Assembly (NCBI GenBank): GCA_964343805.1
Contig: CAYFLR010000013.1
Location: 47,168-101,574 of the forward strand
Direction of reading: 5' to 3'
Length of the DNA stretch: 54,407 nucleotides
Origin: an uncultured bacterium
GTDB lineage: Bacteria > Bdellovibrionota_B > Oligoflexia > CAYFLR01
Part shown: piece by piece, positions 1-8,913 of the stretch
Numbering within the stretch: position 1 is the stretch's first letter
How the letters are laid out: each line of letters starts with the position of its first letter
Notes under the pieces: model-generated
Told to the model about the DNA's origin: nothing
Databases searched by the model: none
Seen by the model: the letters and a program-made list of their open reading frames with translations, nothing else
Position numbers and translations under genes: made by a program

Positions 1-1146
1 GCCCTTTTCAATTCGGCTCATGGCTGCCCAAATCTTGCCAAAGATTATGGGCGCTTTAAAAGACCTGAAATTAGACCCTCGACCACAGAACTTATCGCCT
101 ACTTGGAAAGACTTATCCAAGGGGGTATAGTAACCCTCTCTATGCTAACTCGATTTCATAATGCTTTAGACAAGGGGCAAATCATTAACCCTATTGCAAC
201 TATAAAAGCTCAGACAACCGCTCACCATCAGATGCATCATGAGGGCATCGAAGGCTTACTGCAAAGAAATAATTTGGATAAAGAGCAGCTCCAAAGATGG
301 GTGAGAAGACATGTAAAGCAAAAGAAAAAGGAGAAAAAGGAACGTAAGCAGGTTTCCGTCGCGGTGGCTTCCATATGGCAACCCATCTCCTTTATCACTA
401 TCAAACCGGGTAAATTTATAACTCGCACCTATGACAACAAGCCGGTTGAAGCGGAAATCACCTTACCTTTCTCCATGCAGGCATCATCTGTAACTCAATA
501 TCAATGGGCTTTAGTAATGAGAGAAAACCCTGCGCATTTTAAAGCAGGTAAAGATAAACAGCAGATAAATATAGAGGGGCAAAAAATACTAATGCAGCCC
601 GATCACCCCGTGGAAAATGTAAGTTGGAATGAAGTTCAAACATTCATTCAAAGAGTTAACGAACTAATAAAAAAGCAAGATCCCCTTATTATGAAACTTT
701 TCGACCGAAGGATAGGCACAGAAGCTAGCGTACGTTTACCCACTGCTGCCGAGTGGGATTTTGTTTCTCGCAAAGAAGGAGAAATCAAAGGAGATTACTT
801 TTTTGGAGAAAAGGTTTCTGACCTTGAAACCTATGCTTGGTTCAATGAAAATTCAGCCGAAACCACTCATCCAGTTATGACAAAGCACCCCCTTCTTATA
901 GGAAGAAAAGCTATTTACGATCTCTATGGTAATGTATCCGAATGGGTTGCTGATTATCATAATTATGATGCCTTAGGTCCTTTTCCTGGAAAAAACCCAC
1001 AGGGACCTGAGACTGGGCATTACCGAATCACCAAAGGAGGAAGCTTTAGGGATCCATCAAACGAATGCAATTCACCGAATCTTCCTTCAGCAGATCCTTC
1101 TATGAAATTCAATAATATCGGCTTTCGATTGCTGTTAAACGAATAG
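1..1146 (+). CDS. 5'-truncated protein with a C-terminal FGE-sulfatase (SUMF1/EgtB/PvdO-type) domain; a Ser/Thr kinase domain probably lies off-window
   Basis: Frame 1 is open from nt 1, with no stop before the TTG at 103 used by the ORF track, so the gene enters from the left edge. Conserved FGE-sulfatase blocks are present: HPVENVSWNEVQTF, RLPTAAEWDF, GNVSEWVADY, RITKGGSF, IGFRLL. The first ~35 aa (..RPEIRPSTTELIAYLERL) look like the end of a Hanks-type kinase domain. Confidence 0.75.
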   Translation, partial: ALFNSAHGCPNLAKDYGRFKRPEIRPSTTELIAYLERLIQGGIVTLSMLTRFHNALDKGQIINPIATIKAQTTAHHQMHHEGIEGLLQRNNLDKEQLQRWVRRHVKQKKKEKKERKQVSVAVASIWQPISFITIKPGKFITRTYDNKPVEAEITLPFSMQASSVTQYQWALVMRENPAHFKAGKDKQQINIEGQKILMQPDHPVENVSWNEVQTFIQRVNELIKKQDPLIMKLFDRRIGTEASVRLPTAAEWDFVSRKEGEIKGDYFFGEKVSDLETYAWFNENSAETTHPVMTKHPLLIGRKAIYDLYGNVSEWVADYHNYDALGPFPGKNPQGPETGHYRITKGGSFRDPSNECNSPNLPSADPSMKFNNIGFRLLLNE

Positions 1147-1299
1147 TTAGAAAGAGTTTATCTAAATTAGGGGAAATAGTTCTTAGAAGAAAAGGTTTTC
1201 TCTCTATTTTTCATTTCCAATAGCTCCTGCATCATTTTGAGTATAATACTACTCTATAAATAATGCATTAGTTAGAGCTAAATGGAATTTTAATACGGG

Positions 1300-2190
1300 T
1301 TATTTGTATCGAACCTCATCGTAAGAATAGGCACTGCCGATTGTCTTAGTAATGACTTCTTCAAGGTCGAAAACCAGGCCTCTTGATGTCTTAAAGAAAA
1401 GACGATTGTCTCGCTCTTGATAAGGAGTTGTACAAACAGCACTTACTTTATAGCCTATCAACTTTCCTGCATAGTCAATTAACTTTAAACCATCTTTCCA
1501 CTCAAAGCTTTCGCAGTTAGGATCTTGCCTTTGCAGGTCTTTTAAAATCAGGGCCCGATCATCAGCTTTGGAAGCGAGGGTCCAACTAGCAAGGTCTAGT
1601 TTAGATCGCTGTAAATGCCAGCGATTAGCAAACCAAATGATCATATCTTCATACTCTTCTTTAGATAAAACAGCGTCAGCCACAGCTAAAGGCTCAAAAG
1701 GTTCTCTATTTTTTTGACACTCAGCTGGAATGGTGTGCATGCGAAAAGAACGGCGATCAGCGGTGGTAGCGGGAACAAAGGTGATTTCCGCATTCCCATT
1801 TTCAAAATTCGCCATGGAAAGCAAAAAGCCATCTGTCATATTGTTACTTGATCGATAAGGACTGTAAGCAAGGTTATATCCTTCGCTATGATGTTGCACC
1901 ATTACTCGGCCTAGATACCTAGGATATTCAATATTGTTTCCATTACGATCAAGAGCTTTAATTGCCACCTGATATTGCGGGTTAACATTGGGACGTGAAG
2001 GAATATCTTGACGCAATTCCAAGGTCACTTCAACGAGCCGATTGGTGCGAGACCAAAAGCCAAAAGAGAGGGCATGCTTGGCTTCCACTTTACACTTCAT
2101 GAGAGAAACTTGCTCATTACTTGCGAAAAGGGGATTTATCGCGGTTATAGTTAAAAATACAAATGCAATTAAAGTAAAAATATTTTTCAT
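1300..2190 (-). CDS. hypothetical secreted protein
   Basis: 295-aa ORF. N-terminus MKNIFTLIAFVFLTITAINPLFA/SNE looks like a signal peptide. AAGGAG lies 7 nt upstream of the ATG. No recognisable domain. Confidence 0.6.
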   Translation of the reverse strand: MKNIFTLIAFVFLTITAINPLFASNEQVSLMKCKVEAKHALSFGFWSRTNRLVEVTLELRQDIPSRPNVNPQYQVAIKALDRNGNNIEYPRYLGRVMVQHHSEGYNLAYSPYRSSNNMTDGFLLSMANFENGNAEITFVPATTADRRSFRMHTIPAECQKNREPFEPLAVADAVLSKEEYEDMIIWFANRWHLQRSKLDLASWTLASKADDRALILKDLQRQDPNCESFEWKDGLKLIDYAGKLIGYKVSAVCTTPYQERDNRLFFKTSRGLVFDLEEVITKTIGSAYSYDEVRYK

Positions 2191-2416
2191 TTGAACACTC
2201 CTTATTTAAATTCATTGCTTTATTACATCTCCATCCTCCAGAAGTAAAATATATTGATTATAGTCAAACTATCCAAATATTATATACAACATAACTATTT
2301 GAATCATTTTAACCTCCTAGCTAGATATTTGGGTTGCACCTTGCAACAATGAGAGCTAATATCTGAAGGAAATTTTCACAAAATAAATGGTTGTTTCAAT
2401 CGCTTAGAGGGCTATT

Positions 2417-3439
2417 ATGAACACAGAAAACTATTGGCAGTTTACGACTCATCAAATTGCAAACTTAGCAGAGGTGCCCAAAACCCTGGTTCATAAGCTG
2501 ATTGATCAAAATCAAATTCAGCCCATCAACAATGATATCCTTAACAAAAGATACTCTTTAGAAGACACTCGAAATATCGTCTTTAGCTTAGCGAATCAAG
2601 GGGCTATCCCCCTCATTGAAAGATCTACTCAGGTTTTTTATAACTTCAAAGGGGGCACCGGGAAATCAACCATCTCTTCTCAAATCGCCAGTCAATTGGC
2701 CGTGATGGGATATAACGTTCTGGCTGTAGACCTAGATCCTCAAGCTCATATGACCCTCAATTTAGGTTTTATGAGCGATCAACCTGTTCCTTCTATGTAT
2801 GAAGTGCTTATCAACGGCACCTCTGTCGAAGAGGTCATCCAACCTCTTTATGAAGGTCTATGGCTTATTCCAGCTAATTTAAAAATGACTCGTGTAGAGG
2901 TTCCTCTCAGCCAAAAAACCCGACGAGAAGAACTTCTTAAACGAATTTTAGAACCCCTAGAGAAAGCCTTTGATTATATCATCATTGATACCAACCCAAC
3001 CTTCAGTATTCTCAATGTAAATGCCTTGGTTTGTGCTGATCAGATCAATATTGTCTCCGCCACCCATCCTCTCAGCTATCACGGTCTCTCTATTTTATTA
3101 GATGATTTAGAATCTCTTTTACAGGAAATGGATCTCTCCATTCCCTACTCCATCTTGCCGAATCTTTACGAAGCAAAAACTGTGACCGCACAAGAAATCC
3201 TTGGTGCCATTCAAAGTGAATACGAACATATCGCTATGAAAACTGTGGTGCGAAAGTCAGAAGATTTGAACCTAGCCTCCAAATATGGCCTCCCCGTCTG
3301 CACCTTTGCCAAAAAACGATCCGCAGCCTTAGTGGATATCCTAGAGTTGACTCGGGAAATATTGGCCACATCACAACAGCCTTACGGCAAACCCACTATA
3401 AAAAGTAAAAGCTCAAATCAAATGAGTATTAAAAACTAA
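2417..3439 (+). CDS. parA: ParA-family partition ATPase with an N-terminal HTH-like extension (plasmid/chromid type Ia-like)
   Basis: Deviant Walker A FKGGTGKST at about residue 76-84, followed by LAVDLDPQAH. About 70 aa of N-terminal extension (TTHQIANLAEVPKTLVHKLID) looks HTH-like. A ParB gene follows immediately. Confidence 0.9.
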   Translation: MNTENYWQFTTHQIANLAEVPKTLVHKLIDQNQIQPINNDILNKRYSLEDTRNIVFSLANQGAIPLIERSTQVFYNFKGGTGKSTISSQIASQLAVMGYNVLAVDLDPQAHMTLNLGFMSDQPVPSMYEVLINGTSVEEVIQPLYEGLWLIPANLKMTRVEVPLSQKTRREELLKRILEPLEKAFDYIIIDTNPTFSILNVNALVCADQINIVSATHPLSYHGLSILLDDLESLLQEMDLSIPYSILPNLYEAKTVTAQEILGAIQSEYEHIAMKTVVRKSEDLNLASKYGLPVCTFAKKRSAALVDILELTREILATSQQPYGKPTIKSKSSNQMSIKN

Positions 3440-3460
3440 GTGTTCGCCATGGCGAACACT
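3439..3460. promoter_or_regulatory. 22-bp perfect palindrome AGTGTTCGCCATGGCGAACACT between parA and parB (candidate parS-like or operator site)
   Basis: Read directly: the sequence equals its own reverse complement. It starts on the last base of the parA stop codon and ends 27 nt before the RBS-supported parB ATG (3488). No T-tract follows. Confidence 0.5.
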
Positions 3461-3487
3461 CAAATAGGATTTAAAAAGGGAGAACAG

Positions 3488-4366
3488 ATGAGTCAAAAGA
3501 TTATCAAAACTCGTAAGCCAAATGCCGGATTCATGCAGCGATTAAAATCTCCTGCAGCTAAACCCGCATCCATCTTAACTTCCAAAATGCAAGATGAGAT
3601 CATCTATGTAAAGGTTGATAATATCAAACCCTTTCGGGGTCAAAGTCGAGTAGAGATTAACCCCAAAGAGCTGGCTTCTTTGTCCACCACCATCAAAAGG
3701 CATGGAGTGAGACAGCCACTCACATTGATTCCCACCGAAGAGAAGCTGGGCTTTTTTGAGGTGGTCAGTGGAGAACGAAGATTAAGAGCCGCTACCATGG
3801 CCGGCCTTACCAAGGTTCCAGCTATTCTCATCCATGACTTTAATCAAGCTTATGAAATCTCCCTGATCGAAAATATCCACCGCCAAGACCTCCACCCGGT
3901 AGAGTTAGGTCAGGCTTACCAAAAACTGTTAGAAACAAAGAGCTTCTCCTCGCTACGAGACATGGCAGGAAAAATAGGTGAAAACCCCAGCAAGGTCAGT
4001 GAATACCGTCAATTTGCCAACTTACCCGAAGAAGTTCGCTTGACGCTTATTAAAAAGCGTCTTGAAAAGAGAAGTTTTTTACGATCCTTAGTACGAGCTC
4101 AGGGAATGAAACAACCGGTGGAAGTTCTTTTGAGAAAGATCGAAGAGGAGTTAAAAAAGTCTCCCCAAAATAGACCCACCCCCTCCGCTGCCACCGGTAA
4201 AGTAAGAATGAAAAGTTTGATCAATATTTCTCTGGGAGAGGATGAGGCCATAAACTTCCAGTTAAAAGGGCTTAAAAAATGTTCTAAAGGTACATTAAAA
4301 AAGTTAAAAGGTGGATTGGAAAAACTCATCCTGCAGGTGGATGAGCAGATAAAGAGCAGTAAATAG
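3488..4366 (+). CDS. parB: ParB/Srx-domain partition protein
   Basis: Motifs GVRQPLTLIP, VVSGERRLRAATMAGLTKVPAIL (ParB N-terminal GERR arginine patch) and HRQDLHPVE. I prefer the ATG at 3488 (GGGAGAA RBS 4-5 nt upstream) over the GTG at 3440, which sits inside the palindrome. Confidence 0.88.
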   Translation: MSQKIIKTRKPNAGFMQRLKSPAAKPASILTSKMQDEIIYVKVDNIKPFRGQSRVEINPKELASLSTTIKRHGVRQPLTLIPTEEKLGFFEVVSGERRLRAATMAGLTKVPAILIHDFNQAYEISLIENIHRQDLHPVELGQAYQKLLETKSFSSLRDMAGKIGENPSKVSEYRQFANLPEEVRLTLIKKRLEKRSFLRSLVRAQGMKQPVEVLLRKIEEELKKSPQNRPTPSAATGKVRMKSLINISLGEDEAINFQLKGLKKCSKGTLKKLKGGLEKLILQVDEQIKSSK

Positions 4367-4367
4367 C

Positions 4368-6251
4368 CTACCTTTGGCCAGCACTAGCTACCGCAGATGT
4401 AAAGTAAGGACTCCAGGTAAAATTTTCTGATTGAGAAGAGATCCCTAATTTGGTCTCTATATCTCCATAAGTAGCTGCCCCACTCCCATTATCATAATCC
4501 CAATAATTATCTTGTAAAGTATGAGTGCCATTGGAAGTTTGAAGATGAAGATTGGTGGTATTACTTGAAAAGTTAGAATTACTAATTTGGGCAACGGTTT
4601 GGTCCATTGAAAAAACACCATATTTACAGTTTTTAATATCCAAATAACTAGCCTCAAAAGGCTTTGAGATATCGTGCATCAATCTGATCCCTTCCGCCAC
4701 CGAGGTATCATTACAGGTAATGTCGGTGTAGGACATATTTAAAATTTGTTTTTCTCCTATATAGATCCCTTTGGTGGAAATATCAGAAAATGTGGAATCT
4801 CTTACGGTAATGGTACTGGTTCCAGTAAATTGAACTTGAGAGAAATATTCAACATCCAGATAAGTAATTGTGGCATCGTTATGGTTGGTGGTAGGAAAAT
4901 AGAATCCTTTCCAATCTCCAGCAGCTGGTGTACTTTTGGAGGAAGTAAACTTAACATGATTGTCTTTATTTCCCGCCACATGTAATCCACCAGAAAAAGC
5001 AATGGTCATATCATCGTCAAAGACTAGGGTCACTCCAGGTTCAATCACCATGTTAGACCGGGTGGTAAAATAGAGATTAGAAGGATCACTGGTCTTAATA
5101 AAATAAGGGGAAAAAACCTTGGTTAAAGTGGTAGAAGTGGCTGAATAATTAGGCATCTTTTCTTCGTTGTCAATAAGAATGGTTTTTTCACCGCGATAGA
5201 GATTGACCTTCACAATATCCGAAACCTGCTCTACTTTATCAAAAGCTTTAAGTTGTAGGGTATACCATTCATTATCGGTAGCTAGATCAAAACTGATGGG
5301 AGCACTCACTTTGGTCCAGGTGGTATACTGTCCACCCATTGCTTCATAATGAGAAAAATTAGCATCTTCACTGTCAGCTAAAATGGTGATAGCCTCTTTA
5401 TTGGCCGTCACTCGACGATCGGAATTCTCAATAATAGGAGCTGTGGGCTTAATGGTATCTAACAAAATAGAAGCGGTGATAATTTTAGAAATTTGCCCTT
5501 TTTCATCTTCCAATTGGACATAAATGGTTTTTTGACCTTCCGTTTGTGATAAGGTCCATGGGATGCTCTTTTTATAATCGGTGGCATCTTCAGCCATAAA
5601 GTTTTCCGTCTCACTGATGTATACTTTATATTCTTTATCATCTTCTGCATCTAAAACAATTTTAAGAGTTATAGATCGGGTGGTGGTATACTCCCCTTCT
5701 TCAATGGTAAAAGTGGGCTCCTTAATAGAGTACTCCACTTTAGCTTCTTCCTCTTCCTCTTCTTGAACCTCCTTGACAACCTTCCATTCTCCCTCTAACT
5801 CCACACACTCCTTTTGTAGCTCCTCTAACTTGGAAGCACTTAAAGGCTGATAATAGTGAATTGCCAGTTTATAACCCTCTTCATGGGTCACTTCTAAACA
5901 GGAGTTATAAATCTTTTCCGTTGGACACTCCTCACCCAGTTTCCAACTTTCAGATTCGCTAAGATCAGCAGGGGTTATAGAAAGAATCAATTGCTCAGTT
6001 AACTCACTGTAATCCTTGCAGTTAAGTAGGTTTGAGGAATTTTTTACAATACTATTGTAGGTCTTCCAGGCAGCAGTTGTGGCTTCTGGTTTGGTTGAAT
6101 CTTTCCCTTTTAAATTTGGATCCTTTGCTTCTTCTTCGGTTTTGTCCTTTTTATCTTTGTCCTCTTTTTCTAGCAAACCACATTGTGCAAAGTGGAGTAA
6201 AATAAATACCGCTAACCCAAAGAGGCCTAGTTGGTTATTCTTGATTAACAT
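4368..6251 (-). CDS. secreted or lipoprotein-like protein with a C-terminal right-handed parallel beta-helix region
   Basis: Start moved to the ATG at 6251 (GGAG 6 nt upstream), giving signal-like MLIKNNQLGLFGLAVFILLHFAQC. It has an acidic E/K linker. The C-terminal third shows PbH1-like repeats (ITVRDSTFSDIS.., MSYTDITCNDTS.., LDIKNCKYGVFS.., ISNSNFSSNTTN). Confidence 0.65.
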   Translation of the reverse strand: MLIKNNQLGLFGLAVFILLHFAQCGLLEKEDKDKKDKTEEEAKDPNLKGKDSTKPEATTAAWKTYNSIVKNSSNLLNCKDYSELTEQLILSITPADLSESESWKLGEECPTEKIYNSCLEVTHEEGYKLAIHYYQPLSASKLEELQKECVELEGEWKVVKEVQEEEEEEAKVEYSIKEPTFTIEEGEYTTTRSITLKIVLDAEDDKEYKVYISETENFMAEDATDYKKSIPWTLSQTEGQKTIYVQLEDEKGQISKIITASILLDTIKPTAPIIENSDRRVTANKEAITILADSEDANFSHYEAMGGQYTTWTKVSAPISFDLATDNEWYTLQLKAFDKVEQVSDIVKVNLYRGEKTILIDNEEKMPNYSATSTTLTKVFSPYFIKTSDPSNLYFTTRSNMVIEPGVTLVFDDDMTIAFSGGLHVAGNKDNHVKFTSSKSTPAAGDWKGFYFPTTNHNDATITYLDVEYFSQVQFTGTSTITVRDSTFSDISTKGIYIGEKQILNMSYTDITCNDTSVAEGIRLMHDISKPFEASYLDIKNCKYGVFSMDQTVAQISNSNFSSNTTNLHLQTSNGTHTLQDNYWDYDNGSGAATYGDIETKLGISSQSENFTWSPYFTSAVASAGQR

Positions 6252-6304
6252 TTTTAGCTCCTGCATTGTAATCACAGCATCCCCCAACAACCTTTATAAC
6301 TATT

Positions 6305-7582
6305 TTATTTTAATAAAAGTAATTTAAGATTCTCTATAATTTCTGTAACGGCTTTGTTAGATCCAACATTAATAAAAAGATCTTTGCTCTCATTCAATCG
6401 AGTCTCCGCTCCCGCTTTATGAACAACAAAGATCATCTTCACATCCGTGTATTTCAAAGCCTCTTTGAGAGCTGCCACATGAGGCTTGAGTTTCTGATAA
6501 GCAGCTTCAAAATCTTCAATAAAATAGGTAGTAATACCTAAAAGCTCACTCAGTTCCTCATTGTATTTCCTATTTTTTGCCCGCGCAGGTTTACCCGCAA
6601 GGACCTGATCAGCTAATTTATTAACAATAGAAACCAGCTCCTCACCACTGTTAATCATACTCATATTTATATAAATATCCCGATTAGAAGAACGGTGAGT
6701 TGTATTTTCATTGCTAAAAATGAAAAAGCTATTCACATCCTTACCAGCTATCGACCGATTTAATTCGGCTGCATGTTCAGCTACCAAATTATATGAGGAA
6801 GAAAAATTTTCAAAAAGATGAGTTCCCACTCCAATTTGGAGAGAGAGTCGTTCACTTAACTCAGCTCTTGACGCCTCATCTGTCTGAATTTGAAAAATGG
6901 CTTGAGCGAGCTTGCTCATCGTTGATACCAAACTCGATGCATCTTTAAGTTTTTTCATATTGAGGAAAATTTCCTGCTCTTTGTAACGGTTTTCGGTATA
7001 ATCATTGGCGAACACATAGAGTCGTTTTACTTTCTTTCCTTCTAAAGCCGTTTTTATCTGGCTGGCAGAAGCTTTCATTCGCCTATAGGAATCACGAAAG
7101 TTTTCATAAAGGTAGACGGGGACACCAATTCTCGCGGTTAAATCCTGTCCCATCTCCTTGTTAAGCTGTTCAGATATTTTGATTTCATTGATCTGATAGG
7201 CCAGCTCGGTAAAAACCCTTTTAATATCATCTAGAGTAGTCAACCTTCTCATATTGAGATAGATATCCTGCTCTTTAAAGCTGTTTTCAGTGTGATCATT
7301 AGCAAATATATAGAGTGTACGGATTGGTTTTTTATTTACTGTTTCCTTTAGGTAAGTCGTTACCTTCAATACCCTTAGATAACTTTGTTGATAGTCTTCA
7401 AATAGAAAAGTTCTCACTCCAACTTTTTGGGAGAGAGCCTCTGAAAGTTGAGCTTGTTGATCACTCTTATCTGGTTGGTATACATCTTTGAGCTGACTAT
7501 AGGATACCTTTTGCTCTGCTGCGGGTTTACAAGAAGTGAGTAGACTGAGGGACAAAAAGTAAAAAAGTAACAAGATTTTCAT
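6305..7582 (-). CDS. lipoprotein built from four tandem ~95-100-aa repeats; function unknown
   Basis: Lipobox LSLLTSC/K. AAGGAG RBS. Four colinear units each contain (I/L)G(V/I)xx(F/Y)L(F/Y)E(D/N)F..SY... then ..(L/F)(Y/F)(I/V)FAN(D/E)(H/Y)TEN..KEQ(D/E)I(Y/F)LNM. Confidence 0.7.
   Translation of the reverse strand: MKILLLFYFLSLSLLTSCKPAAEQKVSYSQLKDVYQPDKSDQQAQLSEALSQKVGVRTFLFEDYQQSYLRVLKVTTYLKETVNKKPIRTLYIFANDHTENSFKEQDIYLNMRRLTTLDDIKRVFTELAYQINEIKISEQLNKEMGQDLTARIGVPVYLYENFRDSYRRMKASASQIKTALEGKKVKRLYVFANDYTENRYKEQEIFLNMKKLKDASSLVSTMSKLAQAIFQIQTDEASRAELSERLSLQIGVGTHLFENFSSSYNLVAEHAAELNRSIAGKDVNSFFIFSNENTTHRSSNRDIYINMSMINSGEELVSIVNKLADQVLAGKPARAKNRKYNEELSELLGITTYFIEDFEAAYQKLKPHVAALKEALKYTDVKMIFVVHKAGAETRLNESKDLFINVGSNKAVTEIIENLKLLLLK
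6308..7456 (-). repeat. 4x intragenic tandem repeat, protein level, diverged at the DNA level
   Basis: Repeat cores: VGVRTFLFEDYQQSY..TLYIFANDHTENSFKEQDIYLNM; IGVPVYLYENFRDSY..RLYVFANDYTENRYKEQEIFLNM; IGVGTHLFENFSSSY..SFFIFSNENTTHRSSNRDIYINM; LGITTYFIEDFEAAY..KMIFVVHKAGAETRLNESKDLFINV. Confidence 0.8.
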
Positions 7583-7686
7583 CTCTATCTCCTTAAAAAG
7601 TTTAAAACGAATGATGATTGAATTATATCAAAAAAGAGAACTCTCTGATACCCAACCCGAGAACCCTCCTTAAGGAAAAAGCTAAG

Positions 7687-7714
7687 TTTACAAATCCTGT
7701 AAATATAGTATAAT
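7687..7714 (+). promoter_or_regulatory. sigma70-like promoter candidate (TTTACA-16 nt-TATAAT) for the receiver gene
   Basis: TTTACA at 7687-7692 and TATAAT at 7709-7714 with a 16-nt spacer, about 45 nt upstream of the ATG at 7759, which has a GGAG RBS. Confidence 0.5.
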
Positions 7715-7758
7715 CAATAGCATATCCTAGGATCTTAAACCTTTGGAGTGACTCATAT

Positions 7759-8145
7759 ATGCTTAAGAAATCTGATTACCACATCCTGGTGGTGGATGAT
7801 GAAAAGGACATTTTAGACTTTCTAAAAGAGCTCATTGAAGACTCAGGGTTTAAAGTAGAAAGCGCCCCCGACGGAGAGGCAGCCTGGGACATAATTCAAT
7901 CTAAGAGATTAAACCTCTTTCTCGTTCTATCTGATGTAAAAATGCCTCATTTAGATGGGGTCGGTTTATTAAACAAAATTAAAGCCAACTTACCTGATAT
8001 ACCAGTGGTCATGATTATGTCTGGCTTTTCTGATGTAAAAAAACAGGAATTCTTGGACAAAGGAGCCCTGGCGTTTTTTAATAAGCCCTTTGACGAGGCC
8101 ACTATAGAAAAAGTCATCAATGAAGAGTTTGCCAATTTCTGCTAA
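7759..8145 (+). CDS. single-domain response regulator receiver (CheY-like)
   Basis: ILVVDDEKD acidic pocket, LVLSDVKMPHLDG phospho-acceptor Asp context, FFNKPF conserved Lys. 128 aa with no output domain and no kinase gene adjacent. Confidence 0.9.
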   Translation: MLKKSDYHILVVDDEKDILDFLKELIEDSGFKVESAPDGEAAWDIIQSKRLNLFLVLSDVKMPHLDGVGLLNKIKANLPDIPVVMIMSGFSDVKKQEFLDKGALAFFNKPFDEATIEKVINEEFANFC

Positions 8146-8287
8146 AAAGTGATTACAGCCTGAACTATTAAATTAAAACCATACGAATTTCGACCATTTA
8201 TTGCATTTTAGTTTATTTTTTATTGACTTTAAATAAATTTTCAATTATTTATCCTATTTTAACAACCACTTAAAATAAGGATAAAAC

Positions 8288-8911
8288 ATGAATAAATTAA
8301 TAGCTCTTCTTACCCTGCTCATATCCACATCCCTCTTCGCAGAACAATATGTGGGTGACTTTGCCCCTGCATCCTCTTTAATCGGAAAGTACACCTTAGA
8401 ATCGGGTAATAAAAAGTTTTGTGGAGATGAACTATGGGTTTTTATCTCAGAAAAGGATTTGGATCTTTATGAAATTACGAGAGATCCTGAGTTTGCTCTC
8501 GACAGCATGCACTTCAGCTTCACATATGAAACAGGTGCAGTCACTTTTCACCGAGGTCCAGCCATCTATGACCTGACAGGAAAAACTAAAAAGCTTCCTA
8601 AAAAGACACTCAATATTGGTGCTTCTGTCTTTATGTACATTGCCTATACCAAAGAAGCAGTCAGTGGCCTTTGGAATGAAGATGAACAAACTCTGACCTT
8701 AGATTCAAAAATGACTTATAAAGTTGGCTTACGCCAGAGTTTACCTGTCTTTCATAAGACCGTAGGACATAAAAATTTCTATGCAGTGTTCAAGAAAACC
8801 GGAGATCAACTGATCATGGACTTAAAATATGAGAAACAAATCGACTCTTACATATTAGGTCAATCAGATGAAGCCAGTGAAGAACGATGCACATTCAACC
8901 TAAAGGATTAA
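8288..8911 (+). CDS. hypothetical secreted protein
   Basis: Signal peptide MNKLIALLTLLISTSLFA/EQY. AAGGA RBS. No recognisable domain. Confidence 0.6.
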   Translation: MNKLIALLTLLISTSLFAEQYVGDFAPASSLIGKYTLESGNKKFCGDELWVFISEKDLDLYEITRDPEFALDSMHFSFTYETGAVTFHRGPAIYDLTGKTKKLPKKTLNIGASVFMYIAYTKEAVSGLWNEDEQTLTLDSKMTYKVGLRQSLPVFHKTVGHKNFYAVFKKTGDQLIMDLKYEKQIDSYILGQSDEASEERCTFNLKD

Positions 8912-8913
8912 TC

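Noticed and set aside
103-1146. Calling the first gene a genuine formylglycine-generating enzyme starting at the TTG at 103
   Set aside because: The frame is open to nt 1, so the gene is truncated by the window. The region after GGSF lacks the paired catalytic cysteines of true FGEs.
7008-7016. Second copy of the parA/parB palindrome half-site (GGCGAACAC) inside the repeat-lipoprotein gene
   Set aside because: A 9-mer is expected about 0.4 times by chance in 2 x 54 kb. There is no palindromic partner and it lies within coding sequence.
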